Shown here one piece after another: positions 1-7,342 of a DNA stretch of 29,298 nt. Under the pieces are notes generated by a model. It had not been told where the DNA came from. It did not search any database and worked only from the letters and a program-made list of their open reading frames with translations. The position numbers were made by a program, and so were the translations under genes. The number at the start of each line of letters is the position of its first letter. The stretch's first letter is position 1. Source of the DNA: an uncultured archaeon (GTDB lineage Archaea > Hadarchaeota > Hadarchaeia > Hadarchaeales > WYZ-LMO6); the NCBI GenBank assembly GCA_938074535.1, contig CALJER010000021.1, forward strand, positions 1-29,298. Reading direction: 5' to 3'.

Positions 1-3000
1 CCGCTCCGGGGAGAGCTCCCCCTGGTCGGAGGTCCGGACCTTCAGGGTGGACACCCTCCCTCCCGCCAAGCCCGTCCTCCTCTCCCCCCTCCCGGGGGAG
101 AACGTGGGGGACAGCACCCCCCTCCTGGTCTGGCAGGCCCCCCCGGAGAACTCCCTCCCGCTGACGTACTACGTCGAGGTCTCACCCGACAAGGTTAACA
201 TAGCGGAGAACACCTGGGTTTCCCGCACGGAGTACGAGACCTCCTTCAAGCAGGACGGGATCTGGTGGTGGAGGGTCCTGGCCAGGGACAACGCCGGGAA
301 CACGGGCCTCTTCGCGGACTGGAGGAGGTTCCGCGTGGACACCCTTCCGCCCACCTTCCCCCTCCTCCTCTCCCCCGAGAATGACAGGTGGGTGCAGACC
401 TCCCCGGCCCTGAGCTGGAGTGCGGTGGAGGAGAATTCCCTGCCCGTAACCTACAACCTCGTGATCCTCTACTACCCCAGCCTGCTGGTGAGGGAGAACG
501 TGTGGACGGGCTCCACCTCCTTCGCCACCGCCTTGGATGAGGGGAAGTACCTGTGGAGGGTCCTGGCCAGGGACAACGCCGGGAACACGGGGCCCTGGTC
601 GGAGGACCGCCTCTTCGGCGTGGACAATACTCCACCCTCCGATGCGGAGCCCCTCCTCCCGGCCAGCGGCACCTTTCTGGACTTCGGGCCGGTTCAGCTC
701 ACGTGGGTTTCCTCCACCGACGCCCCCTCAGGGGTGGATGGCTACCACCTGCAGGTGGGTGGGGGCCTGGAGCTCTCCCCCCTCCTTCACGAGAACGAGG
801 GGGTGGAGGAGAACGCCTATGCCTGGGTTCCTCCGGGGCCAGGGGTCTACAGCTGGCGCGTGAGGGCCCTGGACCTCGCCGGGAATCCGGGGAGCTGGTC
901 GGAGGTGAGGTGGTTCAGGGTGTGCAGGTGGGAGGAGCTGGAGGGGTGGACGGCGGGAACCACGGCGCCGGTGGGATGGGAGGAGCTGGAGGGGTGGGCT
1001 GGCCGCGCATCCTCCCCCGCCGGCTGGAGGGAACTGGAAGGGTGGAGCGGCGGGGCCGAGGCCCCCTTCTCGGGCTGGAGGGAACTGGAAGGGTGGAGCG
1101 GCGGCGCTCGCACCGTCCAGGCCAGCTGGAGGGGGGTGGAGGGATGGACGACCTTCCTTCCCGCGAACGTGCCTGCTCCCGTCCTCCTCTTCCCGGAGAA
1201 CGGGAGGAACATGAGGGAGAACGCACCCACCCTGGGCTGGGAAGCCGTCTTCCTTGCCGACAACTACAGGCTCCAGCTCTCCTCCCAGGCACCGCAGTGG
1301 AGGGGGGAGAACGCCAGGGTGGGGAGCGAGCCCCTGCAGCTGGTGGACGGTTCCTCGCGCAGGGGTGAGGTGGTGGGGGGATCCCTGCAGAACACCTGGG
1401 AGGAGGATGGAGTGTGCGAGAACATAGCGGAGAACGAGGAGGACAACACCCTCAACTGGGAGCACAGGATAGAAAACGTGCCCACGGCTTCCTCCTACTC
1501 CCTTAGGGTGAGGGGCAGGACGAGCGGAGACGAGAACGTGGAGGTTTACCTGTGGGAGGTGGATGGCTGGAGGTTCCTGGGCCTGCTCGGGGAGGAGGAG
1601 AGCGTGCTGGAGTTCTCCTTCGGTTCGCAGGAGCTGCTGAAGTACCTTGTGGGAGGGGCCATCCACGTGAGGTACCTGGAGAACACCCCCGACGGCACCA
1701 GAACGGTGCTGTACGCGGACCTCTGCGTGGTGGAAGGATGGTTCCAGGATTTCCCCTCCACCCTCCTGGACTCGGTGGTAACGGAGAATCACTACACCTC
1801 CTCCCCCCTCCCCGATAACCTCTACTACTGGCGCGTCGGGGCCTCCGTGGCGGGTCTGGTAGGGGAGTGGTCGGGCATCAGGACCTTCAGGGTGGACACC
1901 CTTCCCCCCCAGGCCCCGCCCACCCTCCTCTCCCCCGCCAACGGGGAGAACGAGAACACCTCCACCCCCCTCCTCAGCTGGTCTCCCCCACCCGAGAACT
2001 CCTACCCGCTGGCCTTCTTCGTGCAGCTTGCCCTCGACCACCTCTTCACGCAGCCCGTGGAGAACTCCGGCTGGATCCAGCAGACCTACTGGGTTCCCTC
2101 CCCCCTGCAGGAGAACGTCTACTACTGGAGGGTTTTTGTAAGGGACAACGCCGGGAACGAGTGCCCCATGCCCTCCCCCACCTGGAGCTTCAGGGTGGAC
2201 CTCACCCCGCCGCCCGCTCCCGTCCTCCTCTCACCGGCCGGCGGGGAGAACCTGAGCACTCCCACTCCCGTCCTCAGGTGGGAGAACGTGTGGGATGTTT
2301 CCCTCCCGATCAGCTACAACGTGAGGGTGGAGTACGGCCCGGTCACGGTCTACGACGCGGTGGTCTCCGAGAACGCCTGGCAGGTCCCGCCCCTTCCGGT
2401 TGACGGGATCTACGCCTGGAGGGTTAGGAGCAGGGATGGGGCGGGCAACTGGAGCCCCTTCACCAGCCCGCGCACCTTCCAGCTGGACAGGGCCCCGCCC
2501 CCCGCTCCCTCCCCCCTCTCCCCGGGGGACGGGGAGAACCTCAGGGAGGTGGAGTTCAGGTGGGCCCCCGTGGTGGAGAACTCTCTGCCCGTGAGGTACA
2601 GGGTGCTCCTCAGCGACAACCAGGAGTTCCCCTACGAGAACGGAAGCTCGGGATGGCTGAGGGAGGAGAACTGGAGGATGGACCTCACCCTGCCCGACGG
2701 GATTTGGTACTGGAGGGTCCAGGCCAAAGACAACGCGGGGAACGAGGGGGAGAACTCGGTGGTCCGCTGGTTCAGGCTGGACACCCAGCCCCCCCAGAGT
2801 GTGACCCTCCTCTGGCCCGACAACGAGGCCACGCTGGAGAACTCCCAGCCCACCCTCACCTGGAGCCAGGGGGCGGACAACTCCCTCCCCCTCACCTACA
2901 GGGTCCTGCTCTCCCGGAAGGGTGCGGCCGAGAATTACCTGGACTCGGGCTGGATCCGCGAGAACTGGTGGGAGGTTCCTTTCCCCCTCACCGACAACGA

Positions 3001-5092
3001 CTACGAGTGGAGGGTCCAGGCCAAAGACAACGCGGGCAACGTGTTTGAAACGCAGGCCTGGTGGTTCAGGGTGGAGAACGCCCCGCCCCCCGCTCCCTCC
3101 CCCCTCTCCCCGGAGAACGGGAAGGTGGTGGGGACCTCCTCACCCCTGCTGGTGTGGCAGCCCTCCTGGGACATCTCCCAGCCCGTCCTCCATCGGGTCT
3201 GGGTCTCCACAGACGAGAACTTCGAGAACGTGGTGGCGGATTCGGACTGGAGGGACAACGACCGCTGGGAGGTTTCACCCCCTCTGGAGGACAACCTCAC
3301 CTACTACTGGAGGGTCCAGGCCCGGGACAACTCAGGAAGGGAGAGCGAGAACTCCCCGGCGCACCGCTTCTTCACGGACCTGCACGCTCCCCCAGAAGTT
3401 GAGCTGCTTTCCCCCGTGAACGGTGCCGAGCTGGAGACCTTCACCCTCATGTTCAAGTGGAGGAGCGTGCAGGACAACACCTCCGTTCTCTACGAGCTTG
3501 CGATAGACAACGAGCCCGTGCCTGCGGAGCCCTTCGTCCATGCGGAGAACACGTATGAGAACTCCAGCATCGTGGGTCTTTCCCAGCCCGGAACCTACTA
3601 CTGGAGGGTGAAGGCCAGGGACGAGGCGGGGCACGAGAACTCTTCGGGGATTTGGAGCTTCACCCTCAGGAAGTGGCGGTCCCTCGAGGGCTGGAGTTCG
3701 GCCCTTTCCGGTCCCAGGGAGAAGGGATGGGTGGTGCTGGATGGGAGGACGGGCTCGGTACCCTCCCTCACCCCCGTCTGGAGGAAGGTCCAGGAGTGGA
3801 GCGCCGCGGTAAAGGGAGGGGTGGGGTGGAGGGAACTTGAAAAGAGAGCGTTCTGGGTGAGGCACCAGGCCTGCTGGAGGGAGCTGGAGGGAAGGAACTT
3901 CTCCCTGAGGTCCCCCGTGCTCAGGGGATGGGCGCAGCTGGAGAACAGGGCGGGCAAGGTGGTGGCCCCGCACGGCTGGAGGGAGCTGGATGCCCTCTCG
4001 GGGGGGGCGGTGACGGTGGCGGGCTGGAAGGGGGTGGTGGTGGGAGGGCCCCCGTTCCTCCTGGAGTGGGTCCGGCTGGAGGGATGGAGGGTTGTGGTGA
4101 GCGGCTGGGCTCCCCCCTCCGTCGAGGAGGTCTCTCTGGGGTACCTGGAGCCCGGTGTCCCGGGCGCCGCCGATCTCTCCTGGCTCGGGACCTGCGTGGC
4201 GGGGCTGGAGGTGGTGGTGAGGGAGGAAGGAAGGGTGACGGTCTCGGTCTGGGAGGCCGAGGAGTTCCCGGCCTCCACCGCGCCCGAGCTCGTGCCCTAC
4301 CGGTACTTCCAGGTGGAGCTGAAGCCTCCCTCCCCGCCCCTCTCCTATGCGGTGGTGAAGGTGAGGGTGAGCCGCTCCTGGGTGAGGGGGGAGAGGATAG
4401 ACGTGAGGAGCATGGGGGTGAGGAGGCTCACCGGCTCGGAGGAGCTCCCGCTGGAGGAGGCTGGGAGGGACGGGCAGTACCTTTACTTCCAGTTCAGGAC
4501 GGAGGAGCTCGGCACCTTCCTCCTCTTCGGGCGTCGGGTGAGGGCGCCCCCCTCCCCCCCCGTGGCCCTGCTGCCCACCTTTGAGGTCCCCGCCGCCCCC
4601 TCTTCCCCGGTCCTCCTGGTGGTCCTGCTGGGTCTGATCCTGGCCGCGGCGGGCTTCGGCCTCTACCAGGTCAGCTGGTCCTTCAGGTACGGGAGGATGG
4701 TGGGCCTGCTGAGGAGGACCACGGAGAGGCCGGAGCACAGGAGGGCGGTGAGGGAGAGGGTGAGGCTCACCAGGAGGCAGAGGGAGAGCCTGGCCAGGAT
4801 GTCCCTCCTCCTGCGCCGTGCGGGCCTGCCCAAGGTGGTCCCGGTGCGCAGGCGCCTGGCCAAGCCCGAGAGGGTGGCGGTGGAGGCCCTGGAGAGGTTC
4901 ATAAGGGAGAGGAGGAGGGAGGCGGGCCTCACTCCGTCCGAGATGGAGAGGCTCAGGAGGAGGGCGAGGAAGGAACTGGCTTCCTGGAGGACCATGGAGG
5001 AAGTGGTGAAGAGGAAGAGGGAGGAGGTGCTGAGGCGCAGGAGGGTCAGAGGCTCTTCAGGCGCTCGGAGAGGGAAGAAGCGAGCTTCTTGA
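1..5092 (+). CDS. Giant cell-surface protein, 5' truncated by the window edge: about 10 Fn3/Ig-like repeats, two Trp-rich WxELEGW repeat blocks, PGF-pre-PGF-like domain, one TM helix, Arg-rich cytoplasmic tail
   Basis: The frame is open from base 2 (RSGESSPWSEVRTFRVDTLPP), so GTG 47 is internal. Ten ~95-aa units start DxxPPxxPxLLSPxxG and end (Y/W)xWRVxAxDxAGN. The segment VKVRVSRSWVRGERIDVRSM...EELPLEEAGRDGQYLYFQFRTEELGTFLLFG resembles PGF-pre-PGF. It is followed by a Pro-rich linker, the hydrophobic helix PVLLVVLLGLILAAAGFGLY and a basic tail. Confidence 0.88.
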   Translation, partial: RSGESSPWSEVRTFRVDTLPPAKPVLLSPLPGENVGDSTPLLVWQAPPENSLPLTYYVEVSPDKVNIAENTWVSRTEYETSFKQDGIWWWRVLARDNAGNTGLFADWRRFRVDTLPPTFPLLLSPENDRWVQTSPALSWSAVEENSLPVTYNLVILYYPSLLVRENVWTGSTSFATALDEGKYLWRVLARDNAGNTGPWSEDRLFGVDNTPPSDAEPLLPASGTFLDFGPVQLTWVSSTDAPSGVDGYHLQVGGGLELSPLLHENEGVEENAYAWVPPGPGVYSWRVRALDLAGNPGSWSEVRWFRVCRWEELEGWTAGTTAPVGWEELEGWAGRASSPAGWRELEGWSGGAEAPFSGWRELEGWSGGARTVQASWRGVEGWTTFLPANVPAPVLLFPENGRNMRENAPTLGWEAVFLADNYRLQLSSQAPQWRGENARVGSEPLQLVDGSSRRGEVVGGSLQNTWEEDGVCENIAENEEDNTLNWEHRIENVPTASSYSLRVRGRTSGDENVEVYLWEVDGWRFLGLLGEEESVLEFSFGSQELLKYLVGGAIHVRYLENTPDGTRTVLYADLCVVEGWFQDFPSTLLDSVVTENHYTSSPLPDNLYYWRVGASVAGLVGEWSGIRTFRVDTLPPQAPPTLLSPANGENENTSTPLLSWSPPPENSYPLAFFVQLALDHLFTQPVENSGWIQQTYWVPSPLQENVYYWRVFVRDNAGNECPMPSPTWSFRVDLTPPPAPVLLSPAGGENLSTPTPVLRWENVWDVSLPISYNVRVEYGPVTVYDAVVSENAWQVPPLPVDGIYAWRVRSRDGAGNWSPFTSPRTFQLDRAPPPAPSPLSPGDGENLREVEFRWAPVVENSLPVRYRVLLSDNQEFPYENGSSGWLREENWRMDLTLPDGIWYWRVQAKDNAGNEGENSVVRWFRLDTQPPQSVTLLWPDNEATLENSQPTLTWSQGADNSLPLTYRVLLSRKGAAENYLDSGWIRENWWEVPFPLTDNDYEWRVQAKDNAGNVFETQAWWFRVENAPPPAPSPLSPENGKVVGTSSPLLVWQPSWDISQPVLHRVWVSTDENFENVVADSDWRDNDRWEVSPPLEDNLTYYWRVQARDNSGRESENSPAHRFFTDLHAPPEVELLSPVNGAELETFTLMFKWRSVQDNTSVLYELAIDNEPVPAEPFVHAENTYENSSIVGLSQPGTYYWRVKARDEAGHENSSGIWSFTLRKWRSLEGWSSALSGPREKGWVVLDGRTGSVPSLTPVWRKVQEWSAAVKGGVGWRELEKRAFWVRHQACWRELEGRNFSLRSPVLRGWAQLENRAGKVVAPHGWRELDALSGGAVTVAGWKGVVVGGPPFLLEWVRLEGWRVVVSGWAPPSVEEVSLGYLEPGVPGAADLSWLGTCVAGLEVVVREEGRVTVSVWEAEEFPASTAPELVPYRYFQVELKPPSPPLSYAVVKVRVSRSWVRGERIDVRSMGVRRLTGSEELPLEEAGRDGQYLYFQFRTEELGTFLLFGRRVRAPPSPPVALLPTFEVPAAPSSPVLLVVLLGLILAAAGFGLYQVSWSFRYGRMVGLLRRTTERPEHRRAVRERVRLTRRQRESLARMSLLLRRAGLPKVVPVRRRLAKPERVAVEALERFIRERRREAGLTPSEMERLRRRARKELASWRTMEEVVKRKREEVLRRRRVRGSSGARRGKKRAS
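929..1150 (+). repeat. In-frame tandem repeat block 1 (5 x WxELEGW, 16-17 aa, 48-51 bp period)
   Basis: tgggaggagctggaggggtgg occurs at 929 and 977. ggctggagggaactggaagggtggagcggcgg (32 bp) occurs exactly at 1022 and 1073. Confidence 0.9.
3674..4110 (+). repeat. In-frame degenerate repeat block 2 (about 9 x WxxLEG/W-type units)
   Basis: WRSLEGW, WVVLDGR, WRKVQEW, WRELEKR, WRELEGR, WAQLENR, WRELDAL, WKGV and WVRLEGW recur at roughly 15-18 aa spacing. Confidence 0.75.
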
Positions 5093-5831
5093 GCTCCCTG
5101 GCGGCCTTCGACCTGGGGCGGTACTTCACCACCGGGATGCCGGCCGCCGTGGACTCCCTCACCCTCTTATCCTCGGGGATCACCCCAATCACCGGCCAGC
5201 CCAGGGCCTCCCTTATCTCCCCCACCGACAGTTCGAAGGGCTCCCCCGCCACCCGGTTCACCACCACTCCCAGGATGGGGACCCTGTACTTCTCCGCGGC
5301 CCTGAAAGTCTTGAGGGTGCTGGCGATGGTGGGGACGTAGGGGTTGGTCACGATGATCATCCCCGTGCAGGCCTTGAGGGCGGCCACCACCTCGCTCCCT
5401 ATCCCAGGGGCGGAGTCCAGCAGGATCATCTCGTATTCCCTCTTGAGGGGGGAGAGGAGCTCCCTGAGGTCCGTAGGGCGGACCTCGTCCTCGTAGGCTA
5501 TGGAGCCCAGCACCATGGGCACCCCCTGTATCTCCAGCACGGCCTCCCTGATGGGCAGGTCGGAGGAGATCACGTCGTGTACGGTGACCTTGGGGGTAAG
5601 TTCCCCGAAGTGCAGCCCCAGGTTGGGGGCCCCCAGGTTGGCGTCGAAGGCCAGGACCTTCCTCTTGAGGTCCACGAGGCTGGAGGCCAGGTTGGAGACC
5701 ACCGTGGTCTTTCCCACCCCCCCCTTGCAGGAGAAGACCCCTATCACCCTGGCCTCCCTGGGCCTGATCTCCATCCCCCTTTCCTTCTTGGGGGGTTTGA
5801 GGAGGGTGGGGAGCTTTTTCTTCCCGGGCAC
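5046..5831 (-). CDS. minD: MinD/ParA-family ATPase
   Basis: Deviant Walker A SCKGGVGKTT, FDANLGAPNL, ILLDSAPG, GVVVNRV and IPED...G.PVV. The 3' end overlaps the surface-protein gene by 47 bp. Alternative start ATG 5774. Confidence 0.85.
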   Translation of the reverse strand: MPGKKKLPTLLKPPKKERGMEIRPREARVIGVFSCKGGVGKTTVVSNLASSLVDLKRKVLAFDANLGAPNLGLHFGELTPKVTVHDVISSDLPIREAVLEIQGVPMVLGSIAYEDEVRPTDLRELLSPLKREYEMILLDSAPGIGSEVVAALKACTGMIIVTNPYVPTIASTLKTFRAAEKYRVPILGVVVNRVAGEPFELSVGEIREALGWPVIGVIPEDKRVRESTAAGIPVVKYRPRSKAARELKKLASSLSERLKSL

Positions 5832-5943
5832 ATCCTCCTTTCCCCTGAAGGCCTAAATAGGGGCCAGGAGGGCCTTTGCCCGCGAACCACCTCCGGGTTT
5901 CACCGGGGCTAACCTCTTAATCTCCGGGGAAGAAAGAAAGAGG

Positions 5944-6591
5944 ATGGAAGCGGTCTCCCTGGACCTGGACGGCACCCTGGTGGACATGAGCTTCGCCAAC
6001 AGGGTGTGGCTGGAGGAGATACCGAGGCTCTACTCCCTCAGGCACGGCCTCCCCCTGCAGAGGGCCAGGGAGGTGGTGAGGGGGGAGTACGACAGGGTGG
6101 GCGACGGAAGGCTGGAGTGGTACGACCTCCGGTACTGGCTCAGGAAGTTCGACCTGGCGGTGGAGCCCCAGGAGCTCTTCGAGCGCTCCAGGGGGGCGGT
6201 GAGGGTCTACCCGGAGGTCCCGGAGGTGCTCGAGGAGCTCAGGGGAGAGGGGTACAGGCTGATCCTCCTCACCAACGCGCCCAGGGAGTTCGCCTCCTTC
6301 CAGCTCAGGGCTCTGGGCCTCGAGGGCCACTTCGACCGCTTCTTCTCTTCCTTCTCGGACTTCCGCAGGATCAAGCGGTCGGAGGAAACCTACCTAAGGA
6401 TCCTGCAGGAGTGCTCCCTCTCCCCCTCCCAGCTCGTCCACGTGGGGGACCACTTCGAGTACGATTACCAGGTCCCCAGGAGGGTGGGGATAAGGGCCTT
6501 CTACCTGGACAGGGAGGGCAGGACCTCGGGGGAGTTCGTGGTGAGGGACCTGAGGGAGTTCAGGGAGAGGCTGAGGAACGGGTTCGGGTAG
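5944..6591 (+). CDS. HAD-superfamily hydrolase (subfamily IA)
   Basis: Motif I DLDGTLVD, motif II LLTN, motif III Lys (IKR) and motif [11 protein letters not shown]. Confidence 0.92.
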   Translation: MEAVSLDLDGTLVDMSFANRVWLEEIPRLYSLRHGLPLQRAREVVRGEYDRVGDGRLEWYDLRYWLRKFDLAVEPQELFERSRGAVRVYPEVPEVLEELRGEGYRLILLTNAPREFASFQLRALGLEGHFDRFFSSFSDFRRIKRSEETYLRILQECSLSPSQLVHVGDHFEYDYQVPRRVGIRAFYLDREGRTSGEFVVRDLREFRERLRNGFG

Positions 6592-6599
6592 GTGGTGGG

Positions 6600-6872
6600 G
6601 TGAGGGTGAGGGCCCACGTTTACATCAGCGGGAGGGTGCAGGGGGTCTTCTTCAGGTACAGGGCCAGCGAGCTGGCGGAGCGCCTGGGCCTGGGGGGATG
6701 GGTGAGGAACCTGCCGGACGGCAGGGTGGAGGCGGTCTTCGAGGGGGAGAAGGAGGGTGTGGAGAAGATGCTGGAGTTCTGCAGGAGGGGTCCTCCCGGG
6801 GCGAGGGTGGACGGGGTGGAGGTGGAGTGGGAGGAGCCCAGGGGGGAGGAGGGCTTCCGGATAAGGTGGTGA
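6600..6872 (+). CDS. acyP: Acylphosphatase
   Basis: GRVQGVFFR and [17 protein letters not shown] signatures. GTG 6600 follows GGTGG and gives 90 aa. It is the C-terminal part of track ORF 6006..6872. Confidence 0.95.
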   Translation: MRVRAHVYISGRVQGVFFRYRASELAERLGLGGWVRNLPDGRVEAVFEGEKEGVEKMLEFCRRGPPGARVDGVEVEWEEPRGEEGFRIRW

Positions 6873-6873
6873 G

Positions 6874-7332
6874 ATGGAGATAAAGCCCGTAGCGGAGGTG
6901 ATGGAGGAGATGCGCAGGAAGTACCGCAGGCATTCCTCCCTCAGGGGGGAGTGGAGGGTGCTGATGGGGGGGGACGACCACGGCTACGGCGACCTCTTCT
7001 TCCACGCCCCCGGGCTGGGGCTCTGGCAGATCAAGGGGGAGATGCTCAGCCCCTTCGAGCTGCTGGGTCTGGGCGTGAAGTTCTCCGCCAAGAAGATGGA
7101 CGAGGAGATAAGGAGGGTGATGGAGGAGGGTGAGCCCGTCCCCTTCGGCCTGGCGTCCTTCCATCCCTCCTCCAGGGACAGGCTGGTGATAGCCTCGGGG
7201 ATGGGCTGCCGCACCGAGTCCACCCGCTCCCTCTCGGAGCTCCTCTCCGAGTGCAGGACGGCCGGCGGGGAGCTGAGGAGGAAACTGGAGGAGCTGAAGC
7301 GGAGGCTGGGGAGGGGTGGGGAGTACCTCTGA
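6874..7332 (+). CDS. Hypothetical archaeal protein (152 aa)
   Basis: Starts 1 bp after the acyP stop with a GGTGGTG RBS and protein-like composition (WRVLMG..GDLFF..LWQIK..SPFEL.GLG..AKKMDEEI). Function not recognised. Confidence 0.75.
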   Translation: MEIKPVAEVMEEMRRKYRRHSSLRGEWRVLMGGDDHGYGDLFFHAPGLGLWQIKGEMLSPFELLGLGVKFSAKKMDEEIRRVMEEGEPVPFGLASFHPSSRDRLVIASGMGCRTESTRSLSELLSECRTAGGELRRKLEELKRRLGRGGEYL

Positions 7333-7342
7333 GCCGGCGGGG

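Noticed and set aside
929-1150. Direct repeats with a 48-51 bp period resembling a mini CRISPR array
   Set aside because: The periods are multiples of 3 and in frame within a CDS, the spacers are too short, the repeats are not uniform, and no cas genes or leader are present.
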